A DNA stretch of 55,154 bases from Thermodesulfovibrionales bacterium. Its GTDB lineage: Bacteria > Nitrospirota > Thermodesulfovibrionia > Thermodesulfovibrionales > JdFR-86. Below the pieces are notes generated by a model. The model had not been told where the DNA came from. It searched no databases and saw nothing but the letters and a program-made list of their open reading frames with translations. The position numbers and the translations under genes are program-made. The number at the start of each line of letters is the position of its first letter. The first letter of the stretch is position 1. The stretch lies in assembly GCA_030682405.1 (NCBI GenBank), contig JAUXOF010000060.1, positions 1-55,154 on the forward strand. Direction: 5' to 3'. Positions 8,228 to 17,289 of the stretch are shown in pieces.

Positions 8228-8247
8228 TGTACGTTAATATGTACATA
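8228..8247 (-). promoter_or_regulatory. YefM-type autoregulatory operator
   Basis: Two TGTAC(A) cores 12 bp apart (ATGTACGTTAATATGTACAT) just upstream of the antitoxin. Confidence 0.6.
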
Positions 8248-8319
8248 ATAACTGATGGGGGGGATTTTGTAAAGAGGTTTCCCGTTTTGACAAGCTCCGA
8301 TTCCATGTTAATCTAATCC

Positions 8320-8595
8320 ATGCGGAGATACAGGTTTACGTCGCGCTTTGAGAAATCCCTTGCCGGGCTGCCGGACGAGGCGGCGGCATTATTTGAAAAA
8401 AAGCTCTCCCTCTTTCTTGAGGATACGGCTCATCCGTCATTCAGGACAAAGAAAATACAGGGCGTAAGGAACCCTGAGATATGGGAGGCGTCCCTTACAA
8501 TGGACTACAGGTTTACTTTCCAGATGGAAAAAGACGGGGTAATCGTTTTCAGGAATATAGGGAAGCATTCGATTTTGGAGAAAAAGAAGTATTAG
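8320..8595 (+). CDS. RelE-superfamily toxin
   Basis: FTSRFEKSL...HPSFRTKKIQG...IWEASLTMDYRFTF...IGKH; own promoter TTGACA-N16-TAATCT. Confidence 0.85.
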   Translation: MRRYRFTSRFEKSLAGLPDEAAALFEKKLSLFLEDTAHPSFRTKKIQGVRNPEIWEASLTMDYRFTFQMEKDGVIVFRNIGKHSILEKKKY

Positions 8596-8906
8596 CGTTT
8601 TTTTGTCTTGTCTTTAAGTTCCTTGCGCCTTTTCCTTAGATATGAAATTCCTTTTTCGGCGGTAGAAAAAATCTTAGAGACGCGGCCCTTTCTAATATCT
8701 TCATCTGCCTCCTTCTCCGCCTCCTGCCAGTCCTTCTCCCAGAACCATGCCTGCTCGGCATCTATCAGTTTTTTGGCCTTGACGAGCACATTGCCCTCTA
8801 CGAACTCAAAATCAATGTAATCTCCGGTAGAGATTTTCAGCCTCTCCATAATCTCCTTCGGAATCCTCACCTGCCCGCCCGGGCTTATCTTAACGAGTGT
8901 TGCCAT
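8592..8906 (-). CDS. AbrB/MazE/SpoVT family antitoxin
   Basis: VKISPGGQVRIPKEIMERL swapped-hairpin motif and QAWFW tail; promoter TTGACG-N17-TAATAT. Confidence 0.9.
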   Translation of the reverse strand: MATLVKISPGGQVRIPKEIMERLKISTGDYIDFEFVEGNVLVKAKKLIDAEQAWFWEKDWQEAEKEADEDIRKGRVSKIFSTAEKGISYLRKRRKELKDKTKKR

Positions 8907-8978
8907 ATGTTTATATTAAACAATTAAACAAATATCGTCAATACCCCCGTGCGGAGCCAAAAATGCCAATAGAAACAG

Positions 8979-9959
8979 TCAGCGCTTAAAGCCCCCCTTC
9001 CTCTCCCAGTTCCAAGCGGTCTTTATTATGTAGGCGAGGTCGTCGTGCCGGGGCGTCCAGCCGAGCCTTTGCCGTATCTTATCGCTTGAGGCCACGAGCA
9101 CTGCCGGGTCTCCCGGCCTTCGAGCGGAATCCTCCACCTTAAAATCAATGCCGGTCGCGTTCCGGGCCGCATCCACGACCTCCCGAACCGAATAGCCGTG
9201 CCCGTAGCCGCAGTTAAAAACCTCGCTTCTTCCGCCCTCAAGGAGATGCCGGAGACTGAGGAGATGCGCATCCGAAAGGTCATCCACATGAACATAGTCT
9301 CTTATGCATGTGCCGTCAGGGGTCGGATAATCAGTTCCAAAAATCTTAATCCCCGGCAGTTCTCCCTTTGCAGCCTTAAGCACAAGGGGGATAAGATGGG
9401 TCTCAGGCTCATGGGCCTCGCCTATGCGGGCTTCGGGGTCTGCGCCTGCGGCATTGAAATACCTCAAAGAGACATATCTGAGGCCCGTCGCCGTTGAGGT
9501 ATCCTCAAGCATGTGCTCTATGCACGCCTTTGAGCGGCCATAGGGGTTTATCGGCCTTATCGGGGCGTCCTCTTTTATCGGGACGGCATCAGGCACGCCG
9601 TAGACGGCAGCCGTTGAGGAGAATATGAAGATATCCGTCTTGCTTTCAGCCATCGCCTCAAGGAGGTTCAATGTGTTGGCGGTATTGTTCCTGTAGTACT
9701 TTAACGGCTCCCGGACGGACTCCCCCACCTCTATGGACGCTGCAAAATGCATGACCGCATCCGGCCTGAAATCGGAAAAGACCTTCCCTACGGCATTCTT
9801 GTCCGCAAGGTCCGCTGTAACGAGCCTTCCCGAAAGCACCGCCTGCCTGTGGCCTGCGGAGAGGTTGTCGTAGGTCAGGACATCATAGCCTTTTTCGCCG
9901 AGCGCCCTTACGACATGGCTTCCGATATAGCCCGCACCGCCTGTCACAAGGACTTTCAT
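8979..9959 (-). CDS. galE: UDP-glucose 4-epimerase
   Basis: TGGAGYIG, SSTAAVYG, YGRSK, LRYFNAAG, RDYVHV. Confidence 0.96.
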   Translation of the reverse strand: MKVLVTGGAGYIGSHVVRALGEKGYDVLTYDNLSAGHRQAVLSGRLVTADLADKNAVGKVFSDFRPDAVMHFAASIEVGESVREPLKYYRNNTANTLNLLEAMAESKTDIFIFSSTAAVYGVPDAVPIKEDAPIRPINPYGRSKACIEHMLEDTSTATGLRYVSLRYFNAAGADPEARIGEAHEPETHLIPLVLKAAKGELPGIKIFGTDYPTPDGTCIRDYVHVDDLSDAHLLSLRHLLEGGRSEVFNCGYGHGYSVREVVDAARNATGIDFKVEDSARRPGDPAVLVASSDKIRQRLGWTPRHDDLAYIIKTAWNWERKGGFKR

Positions 9960-10666
9960 GCGCTCAAGTATCTTCTTATGACCTCAAGGTCAAGGTTCTT
10001 TCTGACCGCTCTCTCAAGGGTCTCTGTTTCCATGTCGTCAAGGTATGGCATCACCCCGATAAGCGGCACAGGCAGAAGCGCCCTCAGGGCATAGGCATTC
10101 GTCTCCTCCGCAAGCGAGCCATCGGGAGGGTTGCTGTAGTTTATTATAACGCCTGCCACATCAAGCCCTTCCCTAAGGGCATAGTTGACCGTAAGCAGGG
10201 TGTGGTTTATCGTGCCCAGAGAGGGCCTTGATACGACGACCACGGGCAGGCCGAAGTCGCGGGCCATGTCAAGCACAAAGTATCCCTTTTTAAGGGGCAC
10301 AAGCAGTCCTCCTATGCCCTCGACCACGGCAAACTCATATCTCTTTTTAAGCTCGTTAAACTCATGCATGACCCATAAGGGGTCTATTCTAACCCCCTCA
10401 ATCTCAGAGGCCGACATTGGCGAAAGTGGCGACTCAAAGCAGTAGGGCACTATGCGGTTTATCGCCTCTTCCATGCGGGATATTTTTTTCAGGAACGAGC
10501 CGTCCGCGGGGATGAGCACATCCCCCTGCCTTGAGCATCCGGTCTCAACGGGCTTCATCCCGCAGGCCCTTACGCCGAGCATGTAGGCGGCCCTTATAAG
10601 GCCGGCGGCAATGACGGTCTTTCCGACCCCCGTGTCAGTGCCTGTTATGAAGAAGCCTTTAGACAT
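9956..10666 (-). CDS. bioD: Dethiobiotin synthase
   Basis: TGTDTGVGKT, KPVETG, VEGIGG, LGTINH. Confidence 0.96.
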   Translation of the reverse strand: MSKGFFITGTDTGVGKTVIAAGLIRAAYMLGVRACGMKPVETGCSRQGDVLIPADGSFLKKISRMEEAINRIVPYCFESPLSPMSASEIEGVRIDPLWVMHEFNELKKRYEFAVVEGIGGLLVPLKKGYFVLDMARDFGLPVVVVSRPSLGTINHTLLTVNYALREGLDVAGVIINYSNPPDGSLAEETNAYALRALLPVPLIGVMPYLDDMETETLERAVRKNLDLEVIRRYLSA

Positions 10667-10671
10667 GTTAT

Positions 10672-11004
10672 TTAGGGTGCGGTCAGGTGCTTCGAGTTCT
10701 CCAACGCCTCTTGGAGAAACTGGTTCTTGTCTTTAGATTCTATCTCATCCGGGGTATAGCCTTTAGACTGAATGGGCTGCATTATCCTTGCGGCTGCGAT
10801 TCCGAGGATTTCGAGCCTTTCTCTGAGGTTCATGCCCTCAAAGTCCCTTGATACGATAATCAGGTCTATGTCGCTTTCCTCTCTCGCAAGCCCTTTGGCA
10901 TAAGAGCCGAACAAGATAACCCTCTCTACGGCGATGCCCATCTCGCCTAACTTTGAGAGGTATTTTTTTATTACTTCTTCAACCTCGTGTCTTGTTTTAA
11001 CCAA
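10672..11004 (-). CDS. Minimal nucleotidyltransferase (MNT) antitoxin
   Basis: LFGSYAKG...SDIDL motif; overlaps the HEPN gene. Confidence 0.9.
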   Translation of the reverse strand: MVKTRHEVEEVIKKYLSKLGEMGIAVERVILFGSYAKGLAREESDIDLIIVSRDFEGMNLRERLEILGIAAARIMQPIQSKGYTPDEIESKDKNQFLQEALENSKHLTAP

Positions 11005-11363
11005 CTCAGGGCCTCCTTTGTTCTGGCCAGATAGTCTTCAGCTATTTCTTTGGGATAAGCCGAAACGGCCATTGATAAGTCCTCGGGGTATCTTGTAACA
11101 ACGCTTGCGCTGTTTATTTTCCCTATAAAGTCCAGATTGCTTTCAGGGGGTTGAAGTTTTGCAAGGCTTGCAAGGTATATCAGGTCATGAGCCTTAGGAG
11201 GAAGCTTCCCGGTATCTTCGGAAATAATTGCCTTGAGCAATTTTTCTATAGACAAATGGCACACAAAAATCACATAGAGGTATCTGCCGCTTTTGAGCAT
11301 GTGCTCTGCCGTGTTCAGGTCATACTCTGAAGATGCGATCCAGTTTAAGGTTTCCTTTTTCAC
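10971..11363 (-). CDS. HEPN domain protein
   Basis: CHLSIEKLLKA, HDL, TRYP motifs. Confidence 0.9.
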   Translation of the reverse strand: MKKETLNWIASSEYDLNTAEHMLKSGRYLYVIFVCHLSIEKLLKAIISEDTGKLPPKAHDLIYLASLAKLQPPESNLDFIGKINSASVVTRYPEDLSMAVSAYPKEIAEDYLARTKEALSWLKQDTRLKK

Positions 11364-11407
11364 AGTCTCTATTTTACATTAAAAATTACATTTCCTGAGT
11401 TATTAAT

Positions 11408-12112
11408 TCACTCCCGCGAGTCCAGCACAAAGACCTGTCCCGTCACGCCCCAGGTTGAAAGAAGCCATAGGATACACCCCGCTATCTCTCCCGGCTCGGA
11501 GAGCCTTCCAAGAAGGCTCTGTTCCTTTGCCCTCCTCATCGCCTCCCCTGCCTCTGCCCCCATCTCCGTAGGCATATATCCGGGAAGAATTGCGTTAACC
11601 CTGATGTTAAGAGGCGCAAGCTCCTTGGCAAGCGATACCGTGAGGCCGATTAACCCCGCCTTTGACGCGCTGTAGGCCGCCTGCCCTGTCTTCCCCCTCA
11701 GGCCGGTTCGGGAGGAGATGTTTATTATATGTCCCCCGCCGGATTCGGCAATCAGGGGGGCGAATGTCTTTATCGTATTAAAGCACCCCTTGAGGTTTAC
11801 CCTCAAAACCGAGTCCCAATCTTCCTCGGAAGTCTTTAGGAGAAGGCCGTCCTTAGTAATCCCGGCGTTATTAATAAGCGCATCGAGCCTGCCCCATTTT
11901 TTTCTAATATCCCTTTCCATCTCTATGACCTGTCTTATATCTCCCACGTCCGCCTTGATTGCCACGGCGTTTTTAAGGCTCTTTGAAAGCGCAAGGGCTT
12001 CATTTTCGGATGCGTGATAGTTGACGGCTACGGCCCATCCCTTTTCGCTTAGGGATACGGCAAGCTCCCTCCCAAGACCGCGCGAGCCGCCGGTTATGAG
12101 GACGGTTTTCAT
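11408..12112 (-). CDS. FabG-like short-chain dehydrogenase/reductase
   Basis: TGGSRGLG, NNAG, YSASK. Confidence 0.9.
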   Translation of the reverse strand: MKTVLITGGSRGLGRELAVSLSEKGWAVAVNYHASENEALALSKSLKNAVAIKADVGDIRQVIEMERDIRKKWGRLDALINNAGITKDGLLLKTSEEDWDSVLRVNLKGCFNTIKTFAPLIAESGGGHIINISSRTGLRGKTGQAAYSASKAGLIGLTVSLAKELAPLNIRVNAILPGYMPTEMGAEAGEAMRRAKEQSLLGRLSEPGEIAGCILWLLSTWGVTGQVFVLDSRE

Positions 12113-13128
12113 TTAAGTAATGCCCGGAAAGGATGGTTTTTGTCAGAGGAGAACTTGACTATAGCTCTACCATTATTGATAACGGGTATCTCATCTATGC
12201 CGCAAGCCGTTAGGAATATGCCGTCGGCCTTTCCGAATTCAACGGTTGTAATAGGCAATTTTTTTAAATCTCTTTGCCTATTTAATCCCGTTTGGAAATC
12301 AGGGCTTAAAAGGTAGTTCACCGCAAGAATGTTGGGATGGTATTCTTCTAACTGGCTTTGCTTTGCTTTAATTGCTTCTCTAACAGCAACATCTAAATAT
12401 GCCTCCGGGTTGCCTTGGGCATTTGTGCTGGCAACATAATTGTCAGGGTTATTACCTTCCAAATAAATGCTAAAATTAAGTCCTCGATACAAAATTACAG
12501 GATATGCTCTCTCTGCCTCTTCCTTCATCTCTCTGAGAAATTCCTCGTTAAGAAACGGCTTGAATATTGTATGCAGAAAACATTCCACCTCATCTTTTTC
12601 ATTAGGGATACCGTGTTTTACATATTCTGAGCGCTCAATTCTCAGATTGCCGTCTATTTTACGAAGTAGTTCCCCTATGAAAAGTTCAACGGCAAAGGAT
12701 TTCCTGTAGCAAAAGTATTCGACGTAAAATTCCTTATTGTTGTAGGTGACTTTAAGGTCAGGCCCTTTTTCAGTCCATTCAACTTTTGCGCCAGAATTCG
12801 AAAGAGCCTTGGCCATTTGAAGTTCCCAAAGCAGGCTGAAAAACTCTGCATACTCGCATGTATTTAAAAGAGATTCCTTTTTGCTGTCCTTCCAATTTCG
12901 TAACGACATCGCATGTTCAAGAAGGTCATTGAAAAATTCAAAGATGTTTTCATTTATATATGTCCCAAGCCGCCAAGCAATATAGTGGCAGTAATAGGGA
13001 GGCGGACATTTTTTAAGTTGCTTCAATGTAAACGAATCCCTTATATGGGCATACGTGTTAAGGCGATTCTCAACTTTTTCCCAATCGAGGAATTTGTCAA
13101 CAAGTTGCTTATGAGCGGGTTGCTTCAT
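12109..13128 (-). CDS. AT-rich hypothetical protein with a possible PD-(D/E)xK-like motif
   Basis: 339 aa; WELQMA...GPDLKV...YVE pattern; composition differs from its neighbours. Confidence 0.55.
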   Translation of the reverse strand: MKQPAHKQLVDKFLDWEKVENRLNTYAHIRDSFTLKQLKKCPPPYYCHYIAWRLGTYINENIFEFFNDLLEHAMSLRNWKDSKKESLLNTCEYAEFFSLLWELQMAKALSNSGAKVEWTEKGPDLKVTYNNKEFYVEYFCYRKSFAVELFIGELLRKIDGNLRIERSEYVKHGIPNEKDEVECFLHTIFKPFLNEEFLREMKEEAERAYPVILYRGLNFSIYLEGNNPDNYVASTNAQGNPEAYLDVAVREAIKAKQSQLEEYHPNILAVNYLLSPDFQTGLNRQRDLKKLPITTVEFGKADGIFLTACGIDEIPVINNGRAIVKFSSDKNHPFRALLK

Positions 13129-13250
13129 CTCAGTCTAATATCATGTCAAAGGGGATGATTAGTCAAGAGGGAAGATAGACCTGCAAGGCTTCCAGAAAGG
13201 CTTGTGCTTGCCCTCCAACTGAAAGCGTAAACCTTTGTTATAATCAACCG

Positions 13251-14831
13251 ATGACCGAGCGCCGCAAAATTGCCCGCGCCGCAGGGCTGATGTCCATTGC
13301 CACGTTCATAAGCCGCATCTTAGGCTATGGCCGCGACATGGTGCTTGCCTTTTACTTCGGCGCAACCGGCGTCTCCGACACCTTCTTTGTGGCCTTCCGC
13401 ATCCCCAACCTCCTCAGGGAGCTTTTCGCCGAAGGCTCTATGACCGCCGCAGTCATACCGGTTCTTACGGAATACCAAAACACAAAGGGGTTTGAGGAAT
13501 CAAAGAGGCTACTTAGGGTGGCCTTCACATTCGTGCTCATAGCAGCAGGGGCAATCACGGTTTTGGGTATTGTTTTTGCGCCGGCAATAGTCTCGGTGAT
13601 TGCTCCGGGGTTTGTGAAGTCTCCGGAGAAGTTTTCAACCGCAGTGCTTCTTACGAGGATAATGTTCCCGTTCCTTCTGTTCATAAGCCTTGCCGCGCTG
13701 CTGATGGGCGGACTGAACACAAGGAGGATATTCTTCATCCCTGCGCTTGCGCCCGCAATGCTCAACATAACAATCATAGGAACGGTTTTCATTCTGGCCT
13801 CCAGGATTGCCGAGCCTGTGGTTGCGGTCGCATGGGGCGTGCTCTTGGGGGGGGTTGTGCAGTTTGCCTTTCAAGTGCCCTCTGCCCTAAAGGAGGGCTA
13901 CAGCCTCAGGCCGGATTATGATTTCAGGCATCAGGGGCTTAAAAAGATAGGCAGGCTCGTGGCCCCTGCCACGCTCGGGATGGCGGCGAATCAGGTGAAC
14001 GTCCTTATAAGCAGCATCCTTGCCTCGTTCCTTGCAGGGGGGAGCATCACATATCTTTTTTATTCGATGCACCTGATACAGTTCCCTGTGGGGATATTCG
14101 GCGTGGCAATGGGCATGGCAGTGCTCCCATCCCTTTCAGGGCATGCCCTTGCCGGAGACACGGAGAGGCTGAGGGAGGATTTTTCTTTTTCCCTGAGGCT
14201 CCTTTTTTTCCTCACGGTTCCCGCAATGGCAGGGCTTATAGCCCTCCGTGAGCCGATAATAAGCACTCTCTTCCAGAGGGGAAGGTTCGATTATGCGGCA
14301 ACAAAAGGCACGGCAGACGCCCTTTTATTTTACTCCCTCGGCATATGGTCCATGGTCGGGGTGCGGGTGGTTGCGGCAACTTTTTATTCCATGCAGGACA
14401 CGAAGACCCCGGCGCGGGTTGCGGTTGCCGCGCTGACGGCAAATATCGTCCTCAGCCTTCTTCTTATGGGGCCTATGAGCTATAAGGGGCTTGCCCTTGC
14501 AAACGCCGCTGCCTCGATGCTCAACTTCTCGCTGCTTTTTTATTTCTTAAGAAAAAAACTCCGCCGGCTCGGCTCAAGGAAGATACTGAATTCGTTTCTT
14601 AAGGTCTCTCTCTCATCCGCCGTCATGGCCGTTTCAGTCTGGCTCCTTCTGAGGGGGGGGCTTTGGGCGCAGACCGGCATGGCGGCAAAAAAGGCCGCAT
14701 ACCTCGGAGGCGCCATTACACTTTCAATAGGCGTCTATTTTATTATAAATTTACTGCTTAAGAGCGAGGAGGCGGAGTTCGTAGTGGGGATGATAAGGGG
14801 AAGGCTTAAAGGCCGCTCCCATGAGGGATGA
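13251..14831 (+). CDS. murJ: Lipid II flippase MurJ/MviN
   Basis: SRILGYGRD, AFRIPNLLRELFAEG; many TM helices. Confidence 0.96.
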   Translation: MTERRKIARAAGLMSIATFISRILGYGRDMVLAFYFGATGVSDTFFVAFRIPNLLRELFAEGSMTAAVIPVLTEYQNTKGFEESKRLLRVAFTFVLIAAGAITVLGIVFAPAIVSVIAPGFVKSPEKFSTAVLLTRIMFPFLLFISLAALLMGGLNTRRIFFIPALAPAMLNITIIGTVFILASRIAEPVVAVAWGVLLGGVVQFAFQVPSALKEGYSLRPDYDFRHQGLKKIGRLVAPATLGMAANQVNVLISSILASFLAGGSITYLFYSMHLIQFPVGIFGVAMGMAVLPSLSGHALAGDTERLREDFSFSLRLLFFLTVPAMAGLIALREPIISTLFQRGRFDYAATKGTADALLFYSLGIWSMVGVRVVAATFYSMQDTKTPARVAVAALTANIVLSLLLMGPMSYKGLALANAAASMLNFSLLFYFLRKKLRRLGSRKILNSFLKVSLSSAVMAVSVWLLLRGGLWAQTGMAAKKAAYLGGAITLSIGVYFIINLLLKSEEAEFVVGMIRGRLKGRSHEG

Positions 14832-14945
14832 GAGTGGGGCAAAGAGGGCTTACGCTTATTAACAAAATAGGACATTTCTACTTTGGCTGTACAGTCATAA
14901 AAGAATCATTGACCCGGCAGAACCCCGAGTTTTATCATATAGCCT

Positions 14946-16157
14946 ATGCTTAACCCGGAAAAACAGCTTGAGATTATAAAAAGGGGCGCGGTAGAGATAA
15001 TCGTAGAAGCCGAACTCCTGCTGAGGCTCGAGAAGTCCCACAAGGAAAAAAAGCCTCTCAGGATTAAGGCCGGTTTCGACCCCACCGCCCCGGACATACA
15101 TCTCGGTCACACCGTGCTCTTGGAGAAGATGAGGCAGTTTCAGGAACTCGGGCACGAGGTCATATTCCTCATCGGAGATTTCACCGGCATGATAGGGGAC
15201 CCCAGCGGAAAGAGCGAGACCAGAAAACCGCTTACGAAAGAGGATGTTAGGGAGAACGCAGGGACTTACCGCGAGCAGATTTTCAAGCTCCTTGACCCTG
15301 AAAAAACAACGATAGAATTTAACTCGTCGTGGATGTCAAAGATGACGCCGGACGGGTTTATCAGGCTTCTAAGCAGCTACACCGTCGCCCGGATGCTTGA
15401 GAGGGAGGACTTCAAGGAAAGATACCGAAGCCAAAGCCCCATAGGCATACACGAGTTCATGTACCCGCTGATACAGGGTTACGACTCCGTGGTTCTTAAG
15501 GCGGATGTAGAGTTAGGGGGCACTGACCAGAAGTTCAACCTGATTGTGGGCAGGGAGCTTCAGAAGGAGTACGGCCAGAAGCCCCAGTGCCTTGTGCTCA
15601 TGCCCCTTCTTGAAGGCACGGACGGGGTCAAAAAAATGTCAAAGAGCCTTGGAAATTACATAGGCATTACAGAGCCTGCGAGCGAAATGTTCGGAAAGAT
15701 AATGTCCGTGACCGACGGGCTTATGCTCAGGTATTACGAGCTTTTAAGCCGCATATCTCTTAATGAACTCAGCGCCCTGAAAGAGGGGATTAAGGCCGGC
15801 AGCGTCCACCCAAAGGAGGCAAAGGAGGCGCTTGCCGTTGAGGTAGTGGAAAGGTACAGGGGCAGGGAGGAGGCCCTGAGGGCGAAGGAGGAGTTTGAGC
15901 ATATATTCAAGGGCAAGGGGCTTCCGGATGAAGTGCCGTGCTTTAAGCTACGGTGGGATGAGGATGAATTGTGGGCGCCTAAGATTATGAAGCTGTCCGG
16001 GCTTGCATCCAGCACCGGGGAAGCGATAAGATTGATTACGCAGGGCGGGGTGAGCGTGGATGACGAAAGGCTTACCGACCCTGAGGCAAGACTCAGGAAG
16101 GGGAGCTATCTCTTTAAGGTGGGAAAGCGGAAGTTTATGAGGATAGAGGGACTATGA
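14946..16157 (+). CDS. tyrS: Tyrosyl-tRNA synthetase
   Basis: [19 protein letters not shown]-terminal S4 domain. Confidence 0.98.
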   Translation: MLNPEKQLEIIKRGAVEIIVEAELLLRLEKSHKEKKPLRIKAGFDPTAPDIHLGHTVLLEKMRQFQELGHEVIFLIGDFTGMIGDPSGKSETRKPLTKEDVRENAGTYREQIFKLLDPEKTTIEFNSSWMSKMTPDGFIRLLSSYTVARMLEREDFKERYRSQSPIGIHEFMYPLIQGYDSVVLKADVELGGTDQKFNLIVGRELQKEYGQKPQCLVLMPLLEGTDGVKKMSKSLGNYIGITEPASEMFGKIMSVTDGLMLRYYELLSRISLNELSALKEGIKAGSVHPKEAKEALAVEVVERYRGREEALRAKEEFEHIFKGKGLPDEVPCFKLRWDEDELWAPKIMKLSGLASSTGEAIRLITQGGVSVDDERLTDPEARLRKGSYLFKVGKRKFMRIEGL

Positions 16158-16825
16158 TATCAGCACAAGAGATGATTATAAGGCTTCTTCTGGGCGCGGT
16201 TCTGGGCGGCATCATCGGGTTTGAGAGGCAGTCCCACGGAAGACCGGCGGGGTTTCGGACACAGCTTCTTGTGTGCGTTGCCTCTGTGCTTTTTATGATA
16301 GTCTCCGAGTATTATTTTTACCTCGGAAACATAGACCCCTCTTACATGAGAATAGACCCGGGGCGCATTGCGCAGGGCGCGATAACCGGCGTGGGGTTTT
16401 TGGGCGCAGGCGTGATACTTAAGACCGGCCTTACCGTACAGGGGCTTACAACAGCCGCATGCATATGGATTGTCTCTGCAGTGGGCATCGCAATAGGCGC
16501 GGGCTTCTATCTTGCGGGCACGGCGGCCTCTGGCATCACGGTTTTTGCGCTGTGGGTGTTAAGGAGGGTTGAAAGCAGGATACCGAGCCTTACGTTTAAG
16601 CGCCTGACCGTCACCGGCGGAGAAGGCGTCACTCTTGATGCCGTATCCTCGGTCCTCAGAAGGCACGGGGCATCGGTCGGCAATGTGGATTACGAAAAGG
16701 ACATCGCCAAAAAAGAGGTGACCTATAACCTCACGGTGAGCTATAAAGCGAGGGTAGAGCTTAAAGGCCTCCTTGATGAGCTTTCCTCTTTAGAGTCCGT
16801 CCTCAGGGTTACGATAAGGGGTTAG
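16154..16825 (+). CDS. MgtC/SapB family membrane protein
   Basis: IGFERQ...[19 protein letters not shown]. Confidence 0.93.
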   Translation: MISAQEMIIRLLLGAVLGGIIGFERQSHGRPAGFRTQLLVCVASVLFMIVSEYYFYLGNIDPSYMRIDPGRIAQGAITGVGFLGAGVILKTGLTVQGLTTAACIWIVSAVGIAIGAGFYLAGTAASGITVFALWVLRRVESRIPSLTFKRLTVTGGEGVTLDAVSSVLRRHGASVGNVDYEKDIAKKEVTYNLTVSYKARVELKGLLDELSSLESVLRVTIRG

Positions 16826-16835
16826 CCGCGCCCCC

Positions 16836-17099
16836 TCAGAAACTCTTGCCCACGCCGAGGTCTACGTTTTTCTTCATGGTCGCGATTATCCGGTCTTCGG
16901 CCTCTTTAAGCGCTTTTTCCTTGTCGTCCGAGACCTCCACTTCCCACGTCTCGTTGTCCGCCCTGTTCAGTTCGGTCATTATGGCTGAATGCAGGTTCTG
17001 GGAAGTGTAATGAGGAATGCCGTCTTTTTTGGCTGTTATGCGCTCCTTGACCAGTTGCAGGTACTTATCCCTGTAGTCATTGACATCCACCCTTGCCAT
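16836..17099 (-). CDS. Small hypothetical protein (87 aa)
   Basis: Strong SD AAGGAGG; upstream TTGACA-N17-TAGCTT; host-like composition. Confidence 0.7.
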   Translation of the reverse strand: MARVDVNDYRDKYLQLVKERITAKKDGIPHYTSQNLHSAIMTELNRADNETWEVEVSDDKEKALKEAEDRIIATMKKNVDLGVGKSF

Positions 17100-17289
17100 A
17101 GCCCCTCCTTTTCACCGTTATCATTCAGGGGTCAACGACCCCTAACTGACAGACCGATAGCCGCCCCTCGCTCCCTACGATAAAGCTATTACAGCCCGTG
17201 CGGTTTGTCAAGCCATTTATTCGGGACGGTTTGTTCATTCAGGACAGAGGGGTTCGGCTATTTCAGGGGAACGAATTGCGCGGGCAGGC

